64,000 nt of DNA. Origin: Ktedonobacteraceae bacterium (GTDB taxonomy: Bacteria; Chloroflexota; Ktedonobacteria; Ktedonobacterales; Ktedonobacteraceae). The stretch covers positions 725 through 64,724 of the forward strand of contig DATJHM010000048.1 of the NCBI GenBank assembly GCA_035493895.1, read 5' to 3'. Shown here in pieces: positions 42,707 through 51,216 of this stretch (positions are counted from its first letter, which is position 1; every line of letters starts with the position of its first letter). The position numbers and the translations under genes were made by a program. Below the pieces are notes generated by a model that searched no databases, had not been told where the DNA came from, and saw only the letters and a list, made by a program, of their open reading frames with translations.

Positions 42707-45076
42707 ATGCAATCTCCTCAGTCGGAGCAGGGGCCGGATAAACAGTCGGAATATGGCTGGCAGTATGAGCAGAATGACGGTGGTGAGATCTCGCAACCTG
42801 TTTCTCCGTCATCTTCGGGCCCCTTACATGCACTATCATCACTGCCACCGGCTCAAACACAACTATCAGCAGATAACGATTCCAATTCTCTCGATCCTGC
42901 CAGTTCCCAGATTCAGCAGGGACGGCAGCTACCATTACCTGCCAGCTACCAGGAACCTCTCTATGATATGGGCACCTCTCTGGGATACGGGCAGGGAATG
43001 GAGTATCAATACTTCGATGCACCGCAGCCTACCCAACCTATGGCACAATTACGCCAGGAAAGGTTACAGCACGTGCGCGAGGAGCGGATGCGCCGCCAGC
43101 AACGGCGTATCAAATCAGATATTACAACGCTGATTTCAGGGAAAAAGAAGGCTGAACCGCCTTTGAACGACGACACACTCTCTGCATCCGTTCCTGTACC
43201 GCCAGCCATCAGGCAATCCACGCTCCCCCCGGAAATCCATGTGGGAACAGGTGGGGCAGAGGCAGTTGTGCAACTATCACCATCTTCTGTTCCAGAGCCT
43301 CAGCAGGCAAATGGACACGCACGAGGATATGCGCGGGAACATCTTCAACCTGCTGGTCAATCTGTACAGGATACAGGGATGATCCAGAAGGTGCGTGTTG
43401 GCAAAGCCGCGGTTATTCTGACCAGTGCGTTTGTTGCCAGTCGTATGCTGGGGCTGGTGCGTACGTCGATGTTTGCCTTTGTGTTCGGTACCAGTATGAC
43501 CTCGGATGCCTATTTACAGGCATTTTTGATTCCCGACCTGATTTTCAATATCGTGGCAGGAGGGGCACTGGCCTCGGCCTTCATTCCGGTCTTTACGCGC
43601 ACAATGGTGGCGGAAAAAGATGAGAAGACGGCATGGCATATCGCGAGTTCTGCGCTGAATATGGCCCTGGTGATTATGGTGGCGCTTGCGCTGATCGCGA
43701 TCGTGTTTGCGCCCTGGCTAGTCCCTCTCTATAATCCTGGCATTCACGACCCTGCTGAACTGGCCCTGATTGCGTCCTTAACGCGCATCATGCTCTTACA
43801 GGCGGTCGCGCTGGGTGTGGGTGTGATTATCAATGCCGTCCTCAACGCACGTCAGGACTTTCTGCTTCCGGCCATTGGCACCGTGATGTATAATGTGGGC
43901 CTGATCGTAGGATTATTGCCAGGCATTTACTTTGCCTTTCGCAGCCAACGGAATGATACGATTGCAGTATATGCTGCTACCTGGGGCGTGGTGATCGGGG
44001 CCCTGTTGCAAGTTGGCGTGCAGATTCCGGGCCTGTTCAAAGTAGGGATGCGCTATACGCCTTCCTTTGATTGGCGTCATCCAGGTGTGATTCAGATTGG
44101 CCGACAGATGGTCCCACGTATTATCAATGCGGCGATGCTCTATCTGTCGACGTTTGTTGATCGTGGCCTGATTCAGCTCATGGTTGGCGTAATAATCATC
44201 AAAGATACTGATGGTTTGATTACGCAATACTATCAGTCGATGCAGTTGATGCTCTTGCCCCTGGGCATTTTCGGGATGGCAGTTTCGACGGCGGCCTTTC
44301 CGACCCTCGCAGAAAATGTCGCCAGGGGGCGTATGGACCGCGTGCGTAGTTCTATTCTGGAGACGGTGCGCAGTATTCTGTTTATGTCCATTCCATCGGC
44401 TATCGGCCTGATTGTGCTGGGTTTCCCGATCATTCAGGTTTTGCTCCAGCATGGTCGTTATAGTTTGAGTATGGCGCAATCGACGGCGGTCCCTCTGGCA
44501 TTCTTTGCGCTGGGTCTGCCCGCGCTGGCAGCTGTAGAGATTTTGACGCGCTCATTCTATGCGATGCGTGACAGCGTGACGCCGGTTATTGTCAGCGTCG
44601 CGCAGTTCGTCTTCAAAATTGTGCTGAGCCTGTTATTGATTCATGTTGCCATCTGGGGCGCTCCGTGGGGCATGGGGGCACTGGCCTTTTCGACTTCATT
44701 AGCGGGTACGTTGGAGGCAATGGTCCTGTTTTATCTCTTGCATCAGCGTATTGGTGAACTTCAGGTCAGGGTCGTGGTGGCATTCATCAGTCGAGTCGTG
44801 GTGGCGGCATTGGCCATGGGCTTTGCGCTGCTGATTACGCGGTACGTCCTCGATTTTATCCTGGGCCTGCTGGCGAATGTCTCGTTCCTGAGTGTCCTGG
44901 ATACCACGCTCACCCCGACGTTAAAGATCGGTGGAACCTTCGTGGCGCTCGCGAAGCTGTTGCTTGAGCTCTTTGTAGGTGTGTTCGTGTATATCCGTGG
45001 GGTTCGTATGCTGGGTATTGAGGAATTGGGGCCGATCAAGCGCGTGCTGGATCGCCTGAAATTATCCTGGATCTAG
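42707..45076 (+). CDS. murJ: lipid II flippase MurJ paralog 2 with long Gln/Pro-rich N-terminal extension
   Basis: SRMLGLVRTSMFAFVFGTSMTSDAYLQAFLIPDLIFNIVAGGALASAFIPVF. The ATG at 42707 follows GAAGGA. The ORF-track GTG at 42692 is also possible. Confidence 0.85.
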   Translation: MQSPQSEQGPDKQSEYGWQYEQNDGGEISQPVSPSSSGPLHALSSLPPAQTQLSADNDSNSLDPASSQIQQGRQLPLPASYQEPLYDMGTSLGYGQGMEYQYFDAPQPTQPMAQLRQERLQHVREERMRRQQRRIKSDITTLISGKKKAEPPLNDDTLSASVPVPPAIRQSTLPPEIHVGTGGAEAVVQLSPSSVPEPQQANGHARGYAREHLQPAGQSVQDTGMIQKVRVGKAAVILTSAFVASRMLGLVRTSMFAFVFGTSMTSDAYLQAFLIPDLIFNIVAGGALASAFIPVFTRTMVAEKDEKTAWHIASSALNMALVIMVALALIAIVFAPWLVPLYNPGIHDPAELALIASLTRIMLLQAVALGVGVIINAVLNARQDFLLPAIGTVMYNVGLIVGLLPGIYFAFRSQRNDTIAVYAATWGVVIGALLQVGVQIPGLFKVGMRYTPSFDWRHPGVIQIGRQMVPRIINAAMLYLSTFVDRGLIQLMVGVIIIKDTDGLITQYYQSMQLMLLPLGIFGMAVSTAAFPTLAENVARGRMDRVRSSILETVRSILFMSIPSAIGLIVLGFPIIQVLLQHGRYSLSMAQSTAVPLAFFALGLPALAAVEILTRSFYAMRDSVTPVIVSVAQFVFKIVLSLLLIHVAIWGAPWGMGALAFSTSLAGTLEAMVLFYLLHQRIGELQVRVVVAFISRVVVAALAMGFALLITRYVLDFILGLLANVSFLSVLDTTLTPTLKIGGTFVALAKLLLELFVGVFVYIRGVRMLGIEELGPIKRVLDRLKLSWI

Positions 45077-45097
45077 CAATAGATAGGTGCTTTTTGT

Positions 45098-46144
45098 ATG
45101 AAACAGCTTCGTCTCTCTATTATTGGATTTGGTGTGGTGGGTCAGGGGCTGGCCGAATTGCTGGTGACCAAACAGGCGTTGTTGCGTGAGCATTACGGAT
45201 GTGATGTCCGGTTAGTGAGTGTGGCAAGTGGGCGTCAGGGATTTATCTATCGCGAAGAAGGCCTGGATATTCCTTTCTTGCTGCAGCAGGCGGCGAAAGG
45301 TCAGCCGTTTACGCAGCACCCCGGGGTCAAACATTGGGTCACGGCTCTGGAGGGATTGCGTGCGACTGGTGGTGATGTGCTGGCTGAGGCAACCGGCACG
45401 AATCTGCGCGATGGGGAGCCGGGGATCAGCCACATTCACGCCGCTTTAACGCAGGGCATGCATGTGATCACGGCGAATAAGGGACCGATCGCATTGGCCG
45501 CCAACGATCTGCTGGCATTAGCGCACAAACACAACGTGCAATTGCGTATGGAAGCAACGGTCATGGCGGGCACGCCTGTTCTGAGCACGATTCGCGAAGG
45601 TATGGCGGGTGCGAAGGTGCGTGCAGTGCGTGGCATTTTGAATGGCACGACAAATTATATTCTTACTGCCATGGCGAAAGGGCGCAAATATGCGGACGTG
45701 CTCGCCGAAGCGCAGGCTCAGGGCTACGCGGAGGCCGATCCCACGGCCGATGTGGAGGGATACGATGTCGTCGCCAAGACGCTGATCCTTTCGGCCGTCG
45801 TATTTGGTCATACCCTGGAGCCGAGTCAGGTCAATCGTCAGGGCATCACGGGGGTGAAGATCGAGCACATCCTCAAAGCGCAGGAGGAGGGCAAGTGCAT
45901 CAAACTGGTTGCCACGCTGCATGCCGCCTCAGATCTGAGCGCTGTGCCTATAGAGGCCCGCGTGGAGCCTCTTGCACTGCCTTTGAGTGATCCTCTGGCA
46001 AGAGTGGATGGCGTTATGAATGCGATTACGTTCCAGACGGATACGCTTTCGGAGGTAACCATTATCGGTCCAGGTGCCGGACGCTTGCAGACCGGCCAGG
46101 GGTTGCTTGCAGACCTTATTGCCGTTGCGCAACACCACTCGTAA
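45098..46144 (+). CDS. hom: homoserine dehydrogenase
   Basis: IIGFGVVGQG NAD-binding motif, ITANKGPIA, EATVMAGTPV, GILNGTTNYILT and GYAEADPTADVEGYDV. Confidence 0.9.
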   Translation: MKQLRLSIIGFGVVGQGLAELLVTKQALLREHYGCDVRLVSVASGRQGFIYREEGLDIPFLLQQAAKGQPFTQHPGVKHWVTALEGLRATGGDVLAEATGTNLRDGEPGISHIHAALTQGMHVITANKGPIALAANDLLALAHKHNVQLRMEATVMAGTPVLSTIREGMAGAKVRAVRGILNGTTNYILTAMAKGRKYADVLAEAQAQGYAEADPTADVEGYDVVAKTLILSAVVFGHTLEPSQVNRQGITGVKIEHILKAQEEGKCIKLVATLHAASDLSAVPIEARVEPLALPLSDPLARVDGVMNAITFQTDTLSEVTIIGPGAGRLQTGQGLLADLIAVAQHHS

Positions 46145-46155
46145 TCCTGCAATTA

Positions 46156-46189
46156 AAACAGGCCCGTGCTTTTCAGCGCGGGCCTGTTT
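46156..46189 (+). terminator. Rho-independent terminator after hom
   Basis: AAACAGGCCCGTGC-TTTTCA-GCGCGGGCCTGTTT. Confidence 0.7.
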
Positions 46190-46203
46190 GTCGTCCGCGG
46201 ACC

Positions 46204-46417
46204 CAGTAGTGGCACGGTGCAGTGCAACGGAACTGTGCCTGCGAACTCGTGCGATTCCTCAGGCTCCGCAGGCGGTCTCGCGCACCTGCGTTCTCATGTT
46301 ACGAGCTCGGAACGAGGGCATTCCTCTTTTTTGCTTGTTCCATCCCGACCTCCGGAGCCAGCGAAATCGTGCGAGTTCGCAGGCACAGTTCCGTTGCACT
46401 GCACCGTGCCACTACTG
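46204..46417. mobile_element. MITE-like 214-bp element with 53-bp terminal inverted repeats (REP family d heads, GTAGTGGCACGGTG...)
   Basis: The left arm (46204-46256) and right arm (46365-46417) are reverse complements at 51 of 53 positions. There is no ORF. A related partial arm lies at 46435-46468 and another at 54108-54145. Confidence 0.6.
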
Positions 46418-46464
46418 AGCTCACTTGGGAGAGAGAGTTCGCAGGCACAGTTCACCGTGCCACT

Positions 46465-46526
46465 ACTGGGTTCAAAGTGCCACTTAGGCGCGGCTACTGG
46501 ATTCAAAGTGCCACTTAGGCGCGGCT
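46465..46526 (+). repeat. Tandem 31-nt direct repeat x2
   Basis: ACTGG(G/A)TTCAAAGTGCCACTTAGGCGCGGCT occurs twice, head to tail. Confidence 0.8.
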
Positions 46527-46666
46527 TGTCTGCGTCAGGGGGCGAAAAGTAATGCTCTACAACTTTTGGCGGCAGCATACGTAACAAGTAGTGGCAATAA
46601 CAATTGAGGCAGAAAAAACAATCACGTATAGGGCACTTAACTTTCTATAAATCAGGAGGAAACGTT

Positions 46667-46906
46667 ATGTTTAGTCTCAATCCCCTGGTGATACTCTTAC
46701 GCCTATTTCCTATCGGCATTCAAGGCGTAATGGCGCTGGTAACTATCTTCTGGATCTGGGTATTGGTTGATTGTTTGACCAAGGAGCCTTCCGAGGGCAA
46801 TGACAAAGTTGCCTGGACACTCTTTATTCTGGGAGTGCCGCTGATCGGAGCGCTGATCTACTACTTTGTGAGGCGCCCGGAGCGCATCAAAACGGCTGGA
46901 CATTAG
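46667..46906 (+). CDS. PLD-nuclease N-terminal (PLDc_N) domain small membrane protein
   Basis: 79 aa with two TM helices. WIWVLVDCL...KVAWTLFILGVPLIGALIYYFV is typical of PLDc_N. The ATG follows AGGAGGA. Confidence 0.7.
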   Translation: MFSLNPLVILLRLFPIGIQGVMALVTIFWIWVLVDCLTKEPSEGNDKVAWTLFILGVPLIGALIYYFVRRPERIKTAGH

Positions 46907-47045
46907 TTCGGGGTAGGGGCGAGGGAAATGTTCAGATTGCACGCTGCATGAGAGGACATTTCCCTCTTTGATCTGTATTTTTCAATTTATCAATACAACG
47001 GACTGAAGCACATTCTCTTCTTCTGTTCTCCTTTTTTCTCCACCC

Positions 47046-48419
47046 TCAATGGCGCTCTTTAAAGACATAGAGCTGATTCATGCCGGGCACTTCAAACCTC
47101 AGGCGTACTTTGCCTACAAAGATGATATCGCCGTGCTGGAGAATCTCCGCTTTGAGAGGAAGCAGGGGGAGTTCTCCCAGTCTCGTTTTATTGCGACTTT
47201 TGAGATCTTCAATATAAAAAAAAGTCTTCTCAAAACGAATGCGGGCATGTTGACGTGAGATAGTCATTTTGGGATCGAGCTCGGTTAGATCGATATCGGG
47301 ACTGAGATTGCGTTTCGGATCGATGCGACCAAGAATGCAGACCGGTTTTGTCATTGGGAACCGTTGCAGCACTGCCCCATCTTTTTCGAAACAGAGATAG
47401 GCATAGACTTCCGATTGCGTGGACGGGTCAATGCCACTGTTGTCGACAATGCCTCCTGCGCCATTCGTGGGTACTGCCGGGTGCGTGTCGTCAATGCTCA
47501 CCTCAGGAATTTCTGCGGTCAGACCAGGTTGACGAGAATCGATTTTTTGTTGCCTGGAAGGACGAAGCGAAGCCTGTAGCTGTTCGAGCGCCTCCAGCAA
47601 TTGGGTCGCGCTGGTATAGCGCTGCTGTGGATCTTTCTGCAAGGCACGTTCAATAACATCCTGAAAGCTGGCCGGAGTTTCGTGGTTATACTGGCTCATG
47701 CGTGGAACCGGCTCGCTACTTTGCATAATGCCGGTCGCAGCAGGATTCAGGCCGACGAAGGGTGGTCGGCCGGTCACCAGCTCAAAAAAAAGGAGTCCGA
47801 GCTGATAGGTATCGCTCCAGGGACCACTCTCCTCGTGATTAATATACTCTGGTGGGGCGTAGCGAGGATCGAGATAGCTGATATCGTTGCTATGCTGGCT
47901 ATAGGTGTACCCCAGTCGTATGAGAATCGTGCGCAGGCCAATATCGTCTACCTGCGCACGATCAACCGTGCCCGGCGTATCGACTGTAAGCAAATGCGGA
48001 CGAAGATCTAACGCGTGGATCTGCTTTTCATGGAGCGATTGCACGCCTCTCGCCAGTTGCCGGACGAGCTCGAGAGAACGCTGAAGATCGATATTGTCGG
48101 TATCCAGCACGTAGCGCAAGGTGACGCCGCGTGGAGGGTCGGTCGCGATATACGCTCGTGTCCCATCGATGCCAAAATCGTGAACCTGGAGAACGTGAGA
48201 CGAATGCAGCCCTTGTCGTTGCGTGAGCGGTTGCAAGAGTTGTTGTACAAAAGGAATTTGTACAGATGTGGGTAGTCCAATCACGTAGAGACCGACGACA
48301 TCATTGGTATAGCGATGATAGGCGGTGCAGGCGGTGAGGATAGTGCTGGAACTCATCACCTGACCGATGCGATAGATGTTGCCAACAAGACGAGGATCGT
48401 TTTGTGCCATACTCCCCAC
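47046..48419 (-). CDS. FHA-domain protein with degenerate N-terminal Ser/Thr kinase-like domain (probable pseudokinase)
   Basis: C-terminal FHA domain (ILGRIDP...ISRQHARIRFEKTFFYIEDLKSRNKTRLG...GDIIFVG). The kinase-like core retains HALDLRPHLL, VDDIGL and APPEY, but lacks a Gly-rich loop and the VAIK lysine. Confidence 0.75.
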   Translation of the reverse strand: MGSMAQNDPRLVGNIYRIGQVMSSSTILTACTAYHRYTNDVVGLYVIGLPTSVQIPFVQQLLQPLTQRQGLHSSHVLQVHDFGIDGTRAYIATDPPRGVTLRYVLDTDNIDLQRSLELVRQLARGVQSLHEKQIHALDLRPHLLTVDTPGTVDRAQVDDIGLRTILIRLGYTYSQHSNDISYLDPRYAPPEYINHEESGPWSDTYQLGLLFFELVTGRPPFVGLNPAATGIMQSSEPVPRMSQYNHETPASFQDVIERALQKDPQQRYTSATQLLEALEQLQASLRPSRQQKIDSRQPGLTAEIPEVSIDDTHPAVPTNGAGGIVDNSGIDPSTQSEVYAYLCFEKDGAVLQRFPMTKPVCILGRIDPKRNLSPDIDLTELDPKMTISRQHARIRFEKTFFYIEDLKSRNKTRLGELPLLPLKAEILQHGDIIFVGKVRLRFEVPGMNQLYVFKERH

Positions 48420-48534
48420 CTTTTTAACTTTCCAGACACAATACGCATTTTATCATAGATGAATATTTAGCTACTATAAAGGAGTTGTGCAGGCGAGTCA
48501 ACGGCCTGAAGAATATATTGGTCATAGACCTCTC

Positions 48535-48633
48535 GTAGAGGCAGGGTGTATCTCCGCCCGGGCGGCAATCATCCAGGTTCGTCCCGCAAGGTGATTTTCG
48601 GCCATCATTGGCGGAGATACACCCCGCCTCTAC
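48535..48633. repeat. REP doublet, family c (GTAGAGGCAGGGTGTATCTCCGCC ... GGCGGAGATACACCCCGCCTCTAC)
   Basis: Inverted pair with GTAG/CTAC termini around a spacer of about 50 nt, located just downstream of the xdhC stop. Confidence 0.75.
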
Positions 48634-48659
48634 GGGAGAATGGATGAACAGCCAATATC

Positions 48660-49403
48660 CTATTTCCCGTGCTGCGTTGCGACAATCTCGGCCATAATCG
48701 CGAGCGCAATCTCCTCGGGCGAAGTTGCGCCAATATTGAGGCCAATGGGACCATGAATGCGTTGGAGCTGTTCAGGGGTGACTCCGTCGCGCAGCAGGCG
48801 CTCGGCTCGCTCTTCACTCGTTTTGCGGCTACCGATCGCGCCGATATAGCCGACTCGTCGTGTGAGAATCACTTTGAGCGTGGGTTCATCAAATTTGGGA
48901 TCATGCGTCAGCACCGCAATTGCCGTTGCCGGATTGAGATCGCGTTTTGCAAGCACTTCATCGGGCCATGCAACGATAATCTCATCGGCATGCGGAAAGC
49001 GCTCGCGGGTCGCAAACGCTGAGCGCGCATCGACAATGGTGACATGATATTTCAACGTTTTCGCAAAAGTCGTCAGGGGAATAGCGATATGACCGGCCCC
49101 GACAATAATCAGCGAAGGAGGAGGGGGGAATCCTTCGATAAACACAGAAAAAGTTTGCGGATCGCTGTTCGGCTCCTCAACGGTGTAGGTGCGTGTTTCG
49201 GCTTTGCCCGTCCAGATCGCCTGCTCGGCATCGGCGCGAACCAGCGTATCAAGCGCGGTCAGACCGAGAGAGCCCTGCGTGGTATTGTTCGACAACACCA
49301 GAAGTTTTGCCCCTACATGTTGTGCGCCCTGTACAACCGTCGCCAGAGCGCTTCCTTGCTCATGCTCCAGACGATCGCGCAATGTTGTATAGAGTGTGCT
49401 CAT
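48660..49403 (-). CDS. XdhC/CoxI family molybdoenzyme maturation protein (Rossmann-like domain)
   Basis: The LIIVGAGHIAIPL motif, and IGSRKT...GPIGLNIGATSPEEIALAIMAEI typical of the XdhC C-terminus. Confidence 0.8.
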   Translation of the reverse strand: MSTLYTTLRDRLEHEQGSALATVVQGAQHVGAKLLVLSNNTTQGSLGLTALDTLVRADAEQAIWTGKAETRTYTVEEPNSDPQTFSVFIEGFPPPPSLIIVGAGHIAIPLTTFAKTLKYHVTIVDARSAFATRERFPHADEIIVAWPDEVLAKRDLNPATAIAVLTHDPKFDEPTLKVILTRRVGYIGAIGSRKTSEERAERLLRDGVTPEQLQRIHGPIGLNIGATSPEEIALAIMAEIVATQHGK

Positions 49404-49433
49404 GATGAAAACCCCTCTCTTCTCCTGCTCGCT

Positions 49434-49751
49434 TTACCAATCCAGCCGCTCGACGAAGACCCGGATCGTGCCGCCACAGGCCAGCCCGATTTGTTCGATA
49501 TTTTGTTCTTCGGTAATGCCAAATTCGAGCATCTGCGGCTGACCATTTTTCAGCACCTGCATCGCCGTTTCGATGACCGCTGGTTCGACGCAACCACCGC
49601 TCACCGAACCGGCGATCTCGCCCTTTTCGCTGACGGCCAGCTTTGCGCCGGGACGACGTGGGGCAGAGCCTGCCATACTGATCACCGTGGCGAGCGCAAC
49701 CCGCTCGCCACGGGAGCGCCAGGTCTCGATATCCGTTATAACGTCACGCAT
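49434..49751 (-). CDS. XdhC/CoxI N-terminal domain protein (stand-alone)
   Basis: ALATVISMAGSAPRRPGAKLAVSEKGEIAGSVSGGCVE matches the XdhC_CoxI N-domain signature. Confidence 0.75.
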   Translation of the reverse strand: MRDVITDIETWRSRGERVALATVISMAGSAPRRPGAKLAVSEKGEIAGSVSGGCVEPAVIETAMQVLKNGQPQMLEFGITEEQNIEQIGLACGGTIRVFVERLDW

Positions 49752-49766
49752 CGTTCAAATCCTCCT

Positions 49767-49843
49767 GTAGAGGCGGGGTTTATCTTCGCCTGAGACTCCG
49801 CCTGAGACCGTTCCCCCCCGGCGGAGATAAACCCCGCCTCTAC
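49767..49843. repeat. REP doublet, family c (GTAGAGGCGGGGTTTATCTTCGCC ... GGCGGAGATAAACCCCGCCTCTAC)
   Basis: Inverted pair with GTAG/CTAC termini, between the xdhC N-domain gene and the coxE-like gene. Confidence 0.75.
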
Positions 49844-49857
49844 AAGGGAACAGGTTG

Positions 49858-51210
49858 TTAATACGTTTTTCGTTTCGTCCAGGCCTCAACGGCTTTGCGA
49901 CGAGCGGCTGGATTGCGTTCGGGTCGACTGTCATCAATGGAGGAAAGCAGATTGCCCAGTGTGATCAGACTGTCCAGATTGTGCGAGGGCAGAAAATTAT
50001 CAATAAAAGGTAATGCTGTTTTCATGCCAATAGTTAATGGACGATAGTCGGGCGAGCCGAGCAGTGGATTGAGCCAGATCAGGCGATGGCTGCTATGCTG
50101 CAACCGGTCCATCTCGGCGCTCAGCACATCGGCATCGCCGCGATCCCAGCCGTCACTGATCAGCAGCACCACCGCGCCCCGTCCAAGCACGCGGCGCGAC
50201 CATTTATTATTGAAGTAGTGCAGAGCATCGCCGATACGCGTGCCACCGGACCAGTCCTGCACCGATTTCGAGACATCGCGAACCGCATCATCGACATCGC
50301 GCTTTTTCAGTTGACGTGTGATGCGCGTCAGGCGCGTCCCGAAGACGAATGTCTCCACGTTCAGCAAGCCATTCGAAATGGTATGCACAAAATGGAGCAG
50401 GAGCCGGGAATAGAGGCTCATCGAGCCGCTGATATCGCAAATGATGACGAGTGGGCGTGGCTTATAGCGTGTTTTGCGCCAGCTCAATTCGATAAATTCG
50501 GCACCGTATTTCAGATTGCGTCGTATGATGCGGCGCATATCGGGATACGAGCCGTTGCGGGCGGGCGATTTGCGCCGTGTCGGGCGCATGCCGAGATTCC
50601 AGTGCATCTCCGCCATGAGCCTTTTGGCTTCCTGCACCTCATCCCAGGTGAAATTCTCGAAATCTTTCTTACGCAGTTGTTCGATGGCGGTAAAGGCCGT
50701 TCCCTGAGCGTCGCCATCGTCTTCGTTCGCCTTGTCATCGCGTTTCCCCTTGCGCATGAGACGATCTGTATGATGCATCTCGAGGCGAGGATCACGGCGG
50801 GACTCGTTCGAATTCATGTGCTCGGCCAGCCGCTTCCGCTCAGAAGGAGGGAGGCGTATCTGTCGTTCATCGCGGCGAGCCGGACCTGATTTGCCCTTTG
50901 TATCCTTGCCCTGGCGATCGCGCAGATACCAGTAATAGAGATACAACTGATCAAAGAGCGCTTCCTGCTCATGGCGTGTCAGCAGACTGCACTTGAGCGC
51001 ATTGTAGAAGTCCTCTTTATTCTTCGGATCGATATAGCGCAGCGTCTCCGTGAGGTCCAGCATCTGGCGTGGTCCCACGTGAACGCCAGCCTCCCAGAGA
51101 ATATGCCCAAATTCGGTTAAGCGATACAGCAGGCGTTCGCCACGTTCAATATCGATAGGGCGCATCTCAAGAGGGCCGTCGCTATTCTGTTGTGGTGAGG
51201 GCATCGTCAT
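49858..51210 (-). CDS. vWA domain protein, CoxE-like
   Basis: The N-terminus LTEFGHILWEAGVHVGPRQMLDL is CoxE-like. The MIDAS motif is VIICDISGSMS. Confidence 0.8.
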   Translation of the reverse strand: MTMPSPQQNSDGPLEMRPIDIERGERLLYRLTEFGHILWEAGVHVGPRQMLDLTETLRYIDPKNKEDFYNALKCSLLTRHEQEALFDQLYLYYWYLRDRQGKDTKGKSGPARRDERQIRLPPSERKRLAEHMNSNESRRDPRLEMHHTDRLMRKGKRDDKANEDDGDAQGTAFTAIEQLRKKDFENFTWDEVQEAKRLMAEMHWNLGMRPTRRKSPARNGSYPDMRRIIRRNLKYGAEFIELSWRKTRYKPRPLVIICDISGSMSLYSRLLLHFVHTISNGLLNVETFVFGTRLTRITRQLKKRDVDDAVRDVSKSVQDWSGGTRIGDALHYFNNKWSRRVLGRGAVVLLISDGWDRGDADVLSAEMDRLQHSSHRLIWLNPLLGSPDYRPLTIGMKTALPFIDNFLPSHNLDSLITLGNLLSSIDDSRPERNPAARRKAVEAWTKRKTY

Positions 51211-51216
51211 ACGCGT

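Noticed and set aside
49044-50889. Long + strand ORFs 49044-49793 and 50086-50889, antisense to the xdhC and coxE-like genes.
   Set aside because: These are shadow ORFs typical of GC-rich coding DNA. The minus-strand products have clear family signatures, whereas the + strand translations are Arg/His/Ala-rich with no motifs.
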